A stretch of 64,000 nucleotides of DNA from Octopus sinensis (Eukaryota), in contig NC_043008.1 of the NCBI RefSeq assembly GCF_006345805.1, positions 8,060,001 through 8,124,000 on the forward strand. The letters are read 5' to 3'. Under the pieces are notes generated by a model, which did no database searches, was not told the origin of the DNA, and was given only the letters and a program-made list of their open reading frames with translations. This document shows positions 14,139 through 27,332 of the stretch, in pieces; within the stretch, counting starts at the first letter, position 1, and each line of letters starts with the position of its first letter. Both the position numbers and the translations under genes were made by a program.

Positions 14139-14704
14139 TATATAACAAGATAATTTAATTAGATTCATAACGTTATTTAAAGAAATTGTCATCGTAGGAT
14201 TTCGAAAATGTGGAATAGAGAGACTATAAAAATGGTAAGGATTTTTCATTTACAGGAATTTAGAAGGAGCCAGAAATATATTACATATTTCCGAAAAGGA
14301 ATTTGTGTGAACAAACAATATACATATATATGTGATGATATTTTTGTAAGCAGTGACAAGATTGATAATTCTGTAAATAATATTTTATAAGATTAAAACT
14401 TATAAGCGATCCCCGTAGACTACTTTCTTTAGTCATACATATATACCTACAGATTATTCAGATTGCAAGCTCAAGTTTATACCTGTAATTATAGCGGTCC
14501 TATTATATGTAACACACTGCTTAAATACCAATCACATATATATACAAACAAAAATGTTCTGTTGTTGATGTCGAATTTCCAATGAAGGGGCCTTGGATCT
14601 AGGTTCGAAACGGGCCTTGTCTGTATTGGCATGGAATCTTGAAATAAAACTGAACAAATTCAAACATATACGTCTATACGTCTATACATACATATATATA
14701 TATA

Positions 14705-15030
14705 TATATTAAATTAGAGACAAAACCACTATTAGGCAAATCAAACAATGAAAGACTTAAGCCAATACATATGATTAATTTATATTATTTAAATATATTA
14801 TTTAAATAGTTCATTGTTTAAAACTCGCCAAGAAAAATTTTGAAACCACCTGATGAATGACTGCGACTCAAAAATTTAAAGACAGCAGGCAGGACACGAT
14901 CGCAGTGGATATTAATTATATTTTTTAATAATTGTTACATATTTAAATAATATAAATTAATCATATGTATTGGCTTAAGTCTTTCATTGTTTGATTTGAC
15001 TAATAGTGGTTTTATCTCTAATTTAATATA
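14705..15030. mobile_element. MITE with ~92-bp terminal inverted repeats
   Basis: 14705-14796 matches the reverse complement of 14939-15030 with 2 mismatches; non-coding interior of ~140 bp. Superfamily not determined. Confidence 0.85.
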
Positions 15031-15191
15031 ATATAATATTTAACTATAAAATTGGATTCAATCCTAAATCTGATTTTTCCCTGTAAGTTTGGTTTATTCC
15101 CTAATATTTATTATATTATTATTATTATATATATATATATTATATATATATATATTATATATATGTATATATATATGTGTATATACATGTA

Positions 15192-15232
<41 letters not shown>

Positions 15233-15840
15233 ATAATGTGTGACAATTATTCAGTAGCCATGATGTAACTCCGAATTTCGGATGTCGGGGCGAAAACCTA
15301 CGCCGGCATCTCTTCAGTTATCGGGATATCGAAAAAAATTCTATGAAATTGACCGTTAAAACAAAGGAAAATTACTCAGTGATTGACCGTTATTAAGAGC
15401 TATTAGAATGACTGCTAAGTAAAGGGAGGGAGTAATGGTAAGGGAGTAAAAATCCTCATAGTAATTGCGTAAGCGCGCATCACCATACATATACATGCGC
15501 GCCCGTACACCCACGTACATGCGCCTATACGTATATACTCAACCCCCTCACTTGAAACTCACACATGCTCACCCATACATTCGCCAAAAATATACATACC
15601 CGCATACACACTCGCACACACAAACGCGCGCACAAAAACGGTTCATACACACGTCAATATACGCACATGCACATGAAAAAAACAGACAAAGTACAGAAAA
15701 ATGTGTAAAAAAGTATAAAAAACAAACAAGAATAAAACACGTCTATATACACACATACTCGCATCCACGAACATACACGTCTATATACGCACATACACAC
15801 ACGTACACATCCACATGCGCGCACAAAATAATCCATATAA

Positions 15841-16161
15841 ACGACTATATACGCACAGGAAAATTTCCGGGTGGGAGGTAGAATACAGAAAAATTACGTG
15901 TAAAAAAATATATGAGCAATAAAACTATAAATCCAATATCTCTATAAATATGTAAAAAATATATAAAAATTATATAAGAAATATAAGTAAAGAGTATGAG
16001 ATAAATTGCTTATATTAATTATATTTATTATATATTTTTATATATTTTTTAGATATTTATAGAGATGTTGGTTAATAGTTTCATTGCTCATAAATTTTTT
16101 TACACATAATTTGTCTGTATTCTACATTCCACATGAAAATTTTCTGTGCGTATATAGACGT
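15841..16161. repeat. Degenerate foldback (imperfect ~135-bp inverted arms), probable old MITE
   Basis: The left arm acgactatatacgcacaggaaaatttcc...tgagcaataaaactat...atctctataaatat is mirrored by atatttatagagat...atagtttcattgctca...gaaaattttctgtgcgtatatagacgt. Confidence 0.75.
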
Positions 16162-16784
16162 GTATATAGATAAATTCCACTATTTACATAATATCGAGGT
16201 CTCTTTCATTCTTTTGTTGTCTTGCCATTTCTATCAATATATATATATATATATATATATCAATATATATATTTTACAAAGTTAGTTCAGTAAGCCGTAC
16301 GGGGCATAGGTAAATTTATATAGAGTACTATTGATTACAAAAATAGACATAGGGGACACGAGAATTCATTTATTCACCCAAATATTAAAAAAAATTCCGC
16401 GACATTAGCATCATACATTAACCTCCTCAAAGAGTCTAACATTAGTATAATCTTGTTGACTTTGCATGAATATATCCAGTAGCATGCGCTAGTAAAAGAA
16501 ATAAAAACATATCATTAAAGACAGACGTTTAATATGTTGTAATCATAAATATTTAGCAATATTTAAATTTTTAAACTTTGAACTTAAATTTGTTTTTAAT
16601 TTTTTAAACTTAAAAATATTAAAATTTTTTGAAAATGCGATCTGGATTAGATCCAATGACTACTTATACACAAATCTTAAATCTTAAATTATTTCTTTGT
16701 TATATTAGTACGGATAAAAAATATAACAGTACAAAATGGAATATTCCCAGAGGCGATTATTTGCATGATTAACTAAAAGCTCAC

Positions 16785-17352
16785 CTGTCAATCATTTTTA
16801 TTTTTTTAAACCTGGTAATCCTTTTCGGCCTGTCAAAAACTGAACTGTCACCATGTAGTGCCTTGGGCTGTATTATTGTCGTGTTTGCGTGGGTGGGTGC
16901 TGAATTGTTTATTGAGTTCTTGTTCGAGTTGTTGACGTTGTTGAAATTGTTGTCATTGTTGTTCTTTTGTTTCCCATTGTGGGACAGTGGAGAAGCGCCG
17001 GAGGGTGACCCAAGTTGTTCGGCCGCGGCGGGCGGGGGAGTGAACGTGCAAGAGTTGGAGGTCCGCGAGATGGGGGTGAAGACTCGAAAGATGAAGGAGG
17101 GTGAGAGGTTGATTGCAAAGGAGGGAATAATTATGAAGCTGGCGCCGCCTGAGGAGCTGTCGGCCGGCGTGACGGGAGGAGCAGTAATGTTTAGAACCAT
17201 GAAGGCGGCTGCGAGACCGATGGGGATTGCACCGGTGGAGGCCTTAGAAGAGTGCATTAGGAATGTGGAGGGATTTGCAACGTGCATTAAAGGAGGAAGG
17301 GGATGCGCCACTGGGGAGTGCGCTGCGCAACGGAGGAGGAAGCAGTGAAGCA
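16785..17352 (-). CDS. Probable coding exon (Ser/Pro-rich then Asn-rich low-complexity region) of an unidentified gene
   Basis: About 200 codons open (17383 to 16781) in the most GC-rich island of the window, with strong C bias at third positions. Includes NNNDNNFNNVNNSNKNSINN...FDRPKRITRFKKIKMID. The consensus donor CAG|GTGAGC at 16785/16784 lies just before the in-frame stop. A possible acceptor is ctctctggAG at 17354-17353; alternatively translation starts at an internal ATG. Confidence 0.5.
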
Positions 17353-18574
17353 CTCCAGAGAGGCAGCGGTATCGAGGGAGTGATTAGCTCAAAGAGGTCC
17401 TCGCCTCTAGCTAGCTATATGACACACGAACCTGTGTCCATTATAATCTTCGAACATTTCCTTCCTCGGGGTTCCTTTCTCGAGGTAAAAACCAGTAAGG
17501 CATGGTGATAGTTCAATTTCTTTATTAGGCATAAAGCCTCCAACACAGAAAGGGACACCACAAGGACAGACACTGTGTCACTTTAAATTGAAAACTTTAT
17601 CCAGGCAGGTATATTAAATCGTTAAATATTTCAAACGGGAATGTGTGCGATGGCCCCAATAGAAACAATTTATTCCTTTTTTTTTTCCTTTCTGAAATTG
17701 AATTTCAAAATTGGGATCTTATAATCTTGATAACCGCAAATCCCCGTCAGATTCAGTTAAAGTGATTTGTCAAGATTATCCCCTTCGCGGGAATAGAAAA
17801 GATATTTTCCTGAGACATATTTGCTCGGGAGTTTACACAGTGTTGAATGTCTTTTTAAACATTACATAATTACTTTTATTATCTCAAATAAAAACACCCG
17901 ATCTGCAAATAATCTTTAAAATTCTAAAAAAAATAAGAAAATTAATTCTTCATTTCAGTATAAACAAAACCTCACCTTTTTGGAATATATATGGCCAGTA
18001 GTACCATCTGGTTGGACGTAGATGAAATTTCTACCCCCTGCAATGAATCTCTGAAAAAATAGTTTTCGATATTGTTGTGTGACTGAGTGTGTGTATGTGA
18101 GAGCATGATTGTGTGTGCGAATATAAATGAAATACAAACCAACAAAAATCTTCTCAAATATTCATTTATATTGGAGTGTTATGTGATAATTGTGGGGACT
18201 ATCGGATGACCACATTTACAAGAAAGATGATATCAGGCTTCTTTCCTACAGCTATCCAACGCATTAACAATATATTTTCCAATAAATTTCCGATGATGTG
18301 ATTGAATTTCATGGTAAGTCACTTTTCCCAATTTTGCACTCATAATTTTATTCTGTTTCGATTGCGTTATGAGCATTTACAATATATTTTCAATATGTTT
18401 CTTCATTTACAATATATATCTTCTACGCTAAACTTTAAGTCCTGTCCAAAATAAGGTACTACGGATTCAAATACATCTGTTAATTTTCCTTGTATTAACA
18501 GATACGGTTGTGATGAGCAAAGTTTACAGATTTCTTAGCAAAATGCTAACGCACACTCCTTTCTAGGTGTGTAA

Positions 18575-18661
<87 letters not shown>

Positions 18662-18763
18662 GTGTGTGTGCGTGTGTGTGTGTGTGTGTGTTTGTGTATA
18701 TATTTTGTTATCCCTTTCTTGTAACACCTAACTGTCTGGATGTTTTGCGTTCTTGTCCCATTT

Positions 18764-18833
<70 letters not shown>

Positions 18834-19269
18834 TATATATATACATATATGTATATAGCGGCGTACGTAAACTTTGGTCTCTTATATGTAAGTGTATATG
18901 TATCTAAATCTTGTACGACTCTATTCTCTTATTCTTTTATTCTTTCCTTCTTCTATCCGCCCTTTCACGCTTACTTCGTTCATTCTACTCTTCGTTCTTT
19001 CATTCCCCCTCTCTCGCATTTCATTGCCTTCTCTTCTTGCTCCCTCCTCTATTCTCTTCACTGCGTCCCTGTCATTTTTTCTCGCTCCTCCTTATTTCTT
19101 CTGTCCCTCTGCCTCTACCACTCTATCTTCTCCCCCACGTGACCGCTGTTTGGCCAAGCCTAATCTTTCCGTCTTGGTGGGGCCGTTGTCCGTGCAACAT
19201 ATATATTCTTCCCTGTACCTGTGAATATTGTATCCTTAATTTTATTCGTCCTTAGTCATTATTGTGTTC

Positions 19270-19400
19270 CTTATGAAGAACGGATGCAGGTTGTCAAGCG
19301 TGCACGAAAGGTTACAAGTCCTGTACGGAGGTGACAACATTGACAAGGACAATGTACACATATCAAAATATGAAAATGTGTAAAGGAAACCAGTATGGAA
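19270..19400 (+). mobile_element. Very degraded mariner transposase N-terminal (HTH) remnant
   Basis: Translates VHERLQVLYGGDNIDKDNV, resembling the mariner IH..L..VYG HTH motif. Short and degenerate. Confidence 0.3.
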
Positions 19401-19699
19401 CACAAACTATGTTGTAGAGTTAAGAATCGGTAACCACGTTAGCAAGTGTTTGTCTTCATTCCCACAAATATATTAAAACCCTTGAAGTTTCTGTACGACT
19501 GGATTGTGAGCTTAATATAATACAGAAAATAGTAGCTACTTCGCGTATCAAAATGCACGTGCTATACGCGTGGTTTTACAGCTTAAACTTCATATAAGAC
19601 GAAAAGGCAAATATCTACTCAGAAGAACTGAAAATGTCTGAAGACGACGGGATTTTTTTTCTATCTTAGTATGGAGGGATGAAAAATGTCTGTGTCATT

Positions 19700-19910
19700 G
19701 TGTCTGTGTTACCCCCCCCCCCATCACCGCTTAATAACCAGTGGTGGTGAATTTACGCCCCAGTAACTTAGCGGTGAGGCAAAAGTGACTGATGGAATAA
19801 GTACTAGGTTTTCAAAAAGCTTTGGAGTTGATTTGTTCGATTACAACTCTCTCCAGGTGGTGCTCCAACATGGCCGCAGTCATATGACTGAACGAATTAC
19901 AGAAAATAGA
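19700..19910 (+). mobile_element. SINE family B, 3' module only (diverged)
   Basis: Similar to 39080-39244 and 60515-60706 (cccgtaacttagcgg...aataagtactagg...ggtgctccarcatggccgcagtca). Confidence 0.75.
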
Positions 19911-19913
19911 ATA

Positions 19914-19952
<39 letters not shown>

Positions 19953-20005
19953 ATATCATTCTATTTTCTTTACTTCTTTGAATATAATATATATATATAT
20001 ATATG

Positions 20006-20057
<52 letters not shown>

Positions 20058-20059
20058 AT

Positions 20060-20093
20060 ACATACATACATACATACATACTACATACATACA

Positions 20094-20124
<31 letters not shown>

Positions 20125-20148
20125 TTCGAAAGATAGATGAATAGATAA

Positions 20149-20235
<87 letters not shown>
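20060..20235. repeat. (CATA)n followed by (GATA)n microsatellites
   Basis: Read directly from the sequence. Confidence 0.95.
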
Positions 20236-20237
<2 letters not shown>

Positions 20238-21968
20238 AAGAAAGATAGTTATATTTATATATATATATGATTAGCTAAGAAACATTGTAAATATGTAAAT
20301 ATAATTTTCAGTGTATGTGCGTGTGGGGAAATATATTTAATAAAAATATTTCATAACATTTATGTGAGTAATTATATGACAAATTGTATTTAATATTAGT
20401 AACATAAGCATATTAAAAAATAACATAAGGACATAAAAATGTGTGCTTAATGATGCAAATGAGTCCTGAGCGGGAGAAATAATAATGCATGAAATTGCAT
20501 AATAATTATATAAAATATTATCCATATGCAATTAAAGAAGGATATAAAACGATCTAATTCAGATGTGTATGGATATAAATATAGTTATATATTACTATGA
20601 ACGACAGGAATATTATTAATACTAAAAGGCAATCTTTATATCCAACCTAACGTGGATGTATCAGTGTAGCACCGAATACTGCGTCAGTCACCTTGAGAAA
20701 GGTTTTCTCTCTGCAAATAACTCATGATTCGGTGCACTAATAATATTTCCCTGCTAACTTGGTTATGATGGTCGAAATTTTGTATTAATGCCGGTTCTAT
20801 CGCTAATATTTATATTTTGATAAGCCTGCTGTTTATTTGCGACTTTAGTGCTTGAACAGGCACTGAAATTTTATATATCTCTGGTAGAGATATCTGAGTG
20901 GAATGCGGCTACCATACACCTGCAACTGATGAGACGTGGTTCGTCGAAATAACACGATCTAACATTTCTTGGGCCGATTCCCGCCGCCAACGCTGTGTAC
21001 TTGTATGTAACCTGCGTCCATATAAAAGGTCTTCTCAAGGTAAATAACGCAATATCAAGCCCTTTAACAGCGCATACACGTTAACTCGGATATAAAGAGT
21101 GCTTTCTCCATATATGTGTACATATATTATTGTAAGTGCATATGCGTATATTATGTGTGCATTTGCGCACCGAAATATGTTCCACGTATCATCAGGTATT
21201 GCCGCAACAGTGTTTCCTAAGGGTATGAATCACACTCAGTCTCCAGTTCCTTCGTAACTTCAACGTAATTATTGCAAATCTTAGTAAAATCGATCGTAAA
21301 CGTGCCAGTGATAATTACAGAAATGTCCTGTTAAATCCCTGCTTGGTTTCAGTCGTCAGTAGCATGAACCAAATTTATAATTCTGAAACATTGCCCGCAC
21401 ACACACACACACACGAACACACCCACGTATACACTGTATCTTGTATTCCCTTGAGTCTCCTTTTCGTGAGGGATTAAAAATTTGGTATGTTGCACACACG
21501 AATATGAGTCAAAAGTGATAACAATTTGTAAATATATATTTGTAATTTATATAATAGCTCATTGTAATGTATTTATTCCTAACTCAAATACAGAAAAGCG
21601 ACCACAAAGAACCGCAACGATGAAAGAAACTCAGCAATATAATAAATACAACAATAAATATTGATTATAAATTAGGTTGGTAGAAATATCTATAAATATC
21701 AATTAGAAAATGATCTTGAGTTTATTAATGCACTTGCTGTATATACACAGCTCTGTACCATGTTATTCTATCCATATTGGTGTGAAATGTTTGGTAAAAT
21801 GCTTAGTTAACTTATATATATTTCGGACAAACATTGACCCTATTCAAAATTTAGATAAATGACAAAAATCTAAACATTGTGGAACATTTTAACGCATGTT
21901 TATGGAGAAGTTTAGCTCTTATTTCTAGCAATGGTGTTGTTACTCTCACATCCATAGACTACTATAAT

Positions 21969-22005
<37 letters not shown>

Positions 22006-22196
22006 GAGAGATATAATAAAACGAATGATTTATACCAGGTAATTTAGAAGTAAAGCACGGTCACTATCACAGTGTTCATTATGTATATAAACCAGTTTTG
22101 AGGTATCCCAACCCTGAGGGGCCGATACTAGATGTGAAGCAACAATTGTTGTGATTAATAAAATTCTCGTGTTTTCCATTTTCCATATATATATAT

Positions 22197-22234
<38 letters not shown>

Positions 22235-25200
22235 TTATTTTCGTGTGTGTACGTGAATGTACATGTAACTATCTATCAATGCGTTGCTTCGGTTGAGAAA
22301 AGAAATATCGCTTTCCGATACAGAAAAATGAACTTGTATTAAGAAGCGTCACCACGTTTAATCTATAAACGTAAATCGAACAAAATATTTTCTGTTTTGC
22401 TCTTAGACATTTTATGATCTATTATGGTTTGTGATTTGGATGGTTATATTAAGAAGCGTGGTATGAAAATAGACGTACACTAGTACACTAGATACAAAGC
22501 TATACCGGTCACTGGAGACTGGAGGTGTTGAAGAATGGGGCATGATGAGGCTAATTTGAAAATAATTTTTAATGAATCTCAATGTGATATAAGGTGATGA
22601 ATATGTTGTATATATTGTCAAATGTGGTAAAGATAGGGTGTATTATGGCACTGTTTACTCATAATGTGATATATGAGAAGCTGGGTGTCGTGTTGGCAGA
22701 ATGAGTGTTGCGGTGATGGTGGAGCAACGGTTTGAAATTTTGCTTGTAGTAATGAAGATGGGAGGACGCAGAACAATTGCGTTGGAGCAGATAGTTCGGT
22801 GGTGATGATGGGGGTGCTGTTGGGGGTGGTGAACACAGAAGAGAATGGAAAATTATTGATAGGCAGAGAGATGTTGATAGCAGTGATGATGTTTGTAGCG
22901 AAGATGATGCGGATTACTGCTCAGCTGACACTGATGGTAATAGCCGGGAAGGGTTTAAGGCCATAAACCGATAAACACATCGCAGTATTTCTCAAATAAC
23001 ACACACGCACGCACACACAAATAATATTCGAACGTCACTTATATCAGCAAAAATCATTAAAAAAATTATGAACACGTACAAATATCATAATCGCATACAC
23101 ATATATACACACATACAAACGCTATCAAGAACACCCGAGCTCACTAAACCCGATAGCGATATGCATAAATTATACTGAATCATATTTTCGGAAATGAGTA
23201 ATGAATCGACGTCAACTAAATGAACGTAAGAGATACCAATAATTAAATAGATTATGGAAAAATTAATATATATGTAGATTACATACGCTGATACCACACA
23301 TATATATAAATACACGTGCACACACACACACATGCTTATAGACATGCACGTACGCATGTATACCTCTGTGTGCGTGGGTATGTGTGTGTATGTGTGTATA
23401 TATGTGTGTGCGCGGGCGATGTTTAAGAATTATAAATTTGGTTCATACTAGTGGAGATTTAAACCAAGCAAGGATTTAACTGGATATTTTGTTTATTCCT
23501 TTTTGGCAGGTTTACGAGCGATTTTACTAAGACTTACAGTATTTAAGTTACAAACGCACTTCAAAGCGAGAGGTATTCATGCCCTCGAAACAGAAACTAT
23601 TGAGGTAATACCTGATGATGCGTGAAACACCTTAGCTTTATGGTTCTCAAATTTGAAAGTAGATTAATCAGGAATACTCGTTCGTCTTTTTGCAGGTGCA
23701 GCCTGATAGATAATCTCAGCTTCTCATTGCCGAATATTTTCAAAAACAGAATAATGCTCTCTCATTTTATTAACATGATATTCAGTAAATGCACAATCAT
23801 ATTATCCATAACATACTGTTATGTTATGTATCTCACTCTATACTACAACCGATTACATAATGACATTCACGTAGATAAGACGTATTCTTTAAAATTTCTT
23901 CCACCTGTTTATCAATGTCAAATATAGCTACATTTTAGAGTTTAACTGTGCAGTCTCTTTCTATATGGTGGTCAATCTCACGTGATTGAGCTATGAATTC
24001 GCAGACGTGATCATTCCAATCTTTAAGCCAAAACTGAAGTATATTGGAAAGATGAAGATACTTCAGTGATAGATCACTCAAGTATTTGTGATAATGAATC
24101 TTCTCACGTTGGGGTTCCATTCAATATGTAAAACAGGCCTCTCAAAAACTGCTACATATTCCGAAAGGGACATTTAAAAAGCTCATAAAATAGACGTGGA
24201 CGTGATATATCTTTCAAAGTACACTTGAAATAAACGTATATCTTAACGAAGGCAAAACGTGTACGACTGTTTATCCTGTGATATATTATGTATCACGCTG
24301 ACTCCAGAGGTAAATTTTTCCCTTGGTTGTCTTATCATCTTTCACTGGTAATGATTTGGCATGATAGCAAGTACCTGTGATTGGATGACTTACAGTAGTT
24401 ATTCTTTTTCTTTCCTTCTGTGAGGAGATCAAACCAGAGTCTGCTGTTAAGTAGATATAAGCCATTAGCGACTTAACTGATTCACCTGGAACTTAAGGTG
24501 CATTGAACCGATTCTAATCTCGTGAAAGAATATGATTTGAGTCTCCGGTTTCAGAAAACTAACATCGCTCTTAGAAATCTTGGTGGTGCTTTAAATGAAT
24601 ATGTGCACTGTTTATCAAATTCCATTTAAAGAAAATTATCCAGTCTTCGCGCTCTCCAATAGAAGATATTGGTCAAAGCTAATATCGGGACGGTCTTCAC
24701 ATGAGGAACCTTACTTGTTTGCTTAAGTGGGATAGGACGATTTTGGATGTGTGTCTCTGAGCCAACGTTCTCAGTTTTGGCTTCCCTAGTTTTGCTCTTA
24801 GCACCATATTTTTATGTTGGCCTGGACCCTATTTTTAGTCCTTTCTACTCTTTTCAGACCCTTCTACTCAATCTATTACCTATTTTTTAAGTTACACTCT
24901 TCTATGTTCCCTCATTTTTGCTTATATTTCTTTACAGTTATGCTCTCAAATTAGAAATCGAGTCTTCACATTTACAAAAGCACTTACGTCGTTCCTTTCT
25001 TAAAAAAACTGCATTCATATTCAAAGCCATATTCGTGCAATTTCCGTTTAACTTTCAGTCACAAAGATATTAATCTGTGAATGGATAATAAATGGGAAAA
25101 CTACATTTGGTTGTAACCGTCATTTCGCATCTCAGCATCAGAATTTCACTTCCCGCTTAAATTAACTGAAATATAAAAGAAATAACAAAGTATGGACAGA

Positions 25201-25379
25201 GGGAAAAGGAAGACCAAGTGATAATATAAAAAGAGAGAGAAATAGAAAAAAAGAGTGGGGGGAAAAAGAAAATGCAAATGTTTAGAATATTGGGGCAGGA
25301 AGAGGAATAGGAAGAGAAACGATAATATGGATGATAATAATAAGGAGAATTCTATTCACATAGTTGTATGGAGCAATGG

Positions 25380-25416
25380 TAATAATAATGATGATGAAAT
25401 AATAATAATAATAATA

Positions 25417-25463
<47 letters not shown>

Positions 25464-25531
25464 TATAATAATAATAATAATAAAATAATAATAATAATAA
25501 TAATGAATATAATAATAATAATAATAATAAC

Positions 25532-25623
<92 letters not shown>
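25380..25623. repeat. (AAT)n microsatellite, ~240 bp
   Basis: Read directly from the sequence. Confidence 0.97.
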
Positions 25624-25624
<1 letters not shown>

Positions 25625-25903
25625 TCAGATACCAGGAAACCCCAAAATGGCAGAAATTCAAAAGATAGTGCTCATGGGAACTGCTCAAGTCCTACGCAAA
25701 ATACTTTCTATGTAATCTCAGGGTTTAAAACAAACATAATTTTCGTTTTTTTTGGGGACATTCACTTGCACAACACGAAAGAAAAACCAAATATATGGCA
25801 CACTAGGCATAACAACAACATGACCTTCCAACCTGTTGTCTCTTGAGGTCTCTGGGTGAGACTTGGAGCCAACTTGTACAAATATAAAGCAAAAGTCAAA
25901 CAT
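25625..25903 (+). mobile_element. 3' end of an R4/Dong-clade LINE embedded in (AAT)n
   Basis: Translates IPGNPKMAEIQKIVLMGTAQVLRKILSM*, homologous to the QKIALLGTAHILRRTLSI terminus at 50012. Followed by a 3' UTR and (AAT)n. Confidence 0.8.
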
Positions 25904-25918
25904 ATAATAATAATAATG

Positions 25919-25983
<65 letters not shown>

Positions 25984-25996
25984 AATGATAATAATT

Positions 25997-26397
25997 GCCC
26001 TGATGCAGTATCAGCCAGTGGCTCTCTTGGCTGTTGCTCTTAAGTGATTGGAAGTGTTATCATGTACGTTGTTTTGTCTTGGTATAAAAGATGGGTTACA
26101 GCCATGCTACTCAAAGCGGTGGGCCGCGAGCCATCACCTGCTGGTATGCGGCGAGTTTCCAGAAAAGAAAGAAACATTATAAAATGTTTATAAAACGCTC
26201 ATAAAATGCTTATGAAATATCGTATTATTTGTTTACAAAATAAATATAAGATAAGAATATTTTTCATCTTTTATTATATTCGTTATATATAGTTTCCGGT
26301 ATAATATATTACTAAGAGATATTACCGGTCCCTGATGCAATACCAGACAGTGGTTCTCATGGCTTCGGATCTGAACTGGTTGGAAGTGTTATCATGT
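25997..26397 (+). mobile_element. Two partial copies of the (AAT)n-associated element X (25997-26102, 26328-26397) separated by a possible hAT-type remnant
   Basis: GCCCTGATGCAGTA...GGAAGTGTTATCATG...GGTATAAAAGATGGG matches the reverse complement of 49630-49740. The intervening tgctactcaaagcggtgggccgcg resembles hAT termini (weak). Confidence 0.75.
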
Positions 26398-26689
26398 TGT
26401 TATCAAGCATCAAGATAACATACTCGCTATTTATATTTGTGATAATAATAAAAAACAACAACAATAATAATAACAGGAGTTATAGTAGCATTAGTAATTG
26501 TAAGAAAACATTTTTTTTTCTATCGGAGTCGTGATAATGCTATCAAGATTTATCAAATGATGTAATTTTAGAAATTCAAACGATTTTATTTTGGATCCGT
26601 ATAAACATAAACTTAATTACTCTGTTAGGACTGAAGGAAATTATTGTGGATACGTTGGGTAAACGGTAAGTAATGTTTCGCAGTAACTT

Positions 26690-26726
<37 letters not shown>

Positions 26727-26849
26727 TTAATAAGGGTGAGAGAATTAGATACTAATTTAATAGCATATCTATTCAACACCAAGTGGCCCAGTGCCTCGAG
26801 AAACCTGGATTATTATAATATTTTATAATATATTATAATATTTTATACA

Positions 26850-27332
26850 AAAATAAATATAAGAGAATGGTCACTATGTGGCTCATTCTAGCACTAGAAA
26901 ATCCAAAAGGTTTCAACCACAAAAATACATGTTTCCTATGAAAGTCAGTACGATTGTTAGCTCACACGAACAGGGCAAATAAAAAATAACAAAAATACAG
27001 ATTATTTTGGGACAATTCGTCGGATGTAATCAATTGAACCACACGTGTATTTATCGTTATGGTAAAATCTGGCGTGTGATTGAGTGGATTTCATCCAGAT
27101 AGTTTTGGCTGAGGAGCTACAAGTGGGGTTTTTGTAAGTAAAATTACATTTAATTCATTAATAGCGAAACAATTGTCCCAAAATAATCTGTATTTTTGTT
27201 ATTTTTTATTTGCCCTGTTCGTGTGAGCTAACAATCGTACTGACTTTCATAGGAAACATGTATTTTTGTGGTTGAAACCTTTTGGATTTTCTAGTGCTAG
27301 AATGAGCCACATAGTGACCATTCTCTTATATT

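Noticed and set aside
16863-17348. 161-aa plus-strand ORF as an independent gene
   Set aside because: Its N-terminal Leu/Phe run is the mirror of the minus-strand Asn tract, and it has no ATG start or splice support. It is more simply a shadow of the minus exon; kept only as part of a finding.
20920-21028. Minus-strand 92-nt exon candidate and overlapping plus-strand TATAAAAG (21021-21028)
   Set aside because: The donor (GTGTAT) is weak, two frames are open, and no initiator or downstream structure supports the TATA box.
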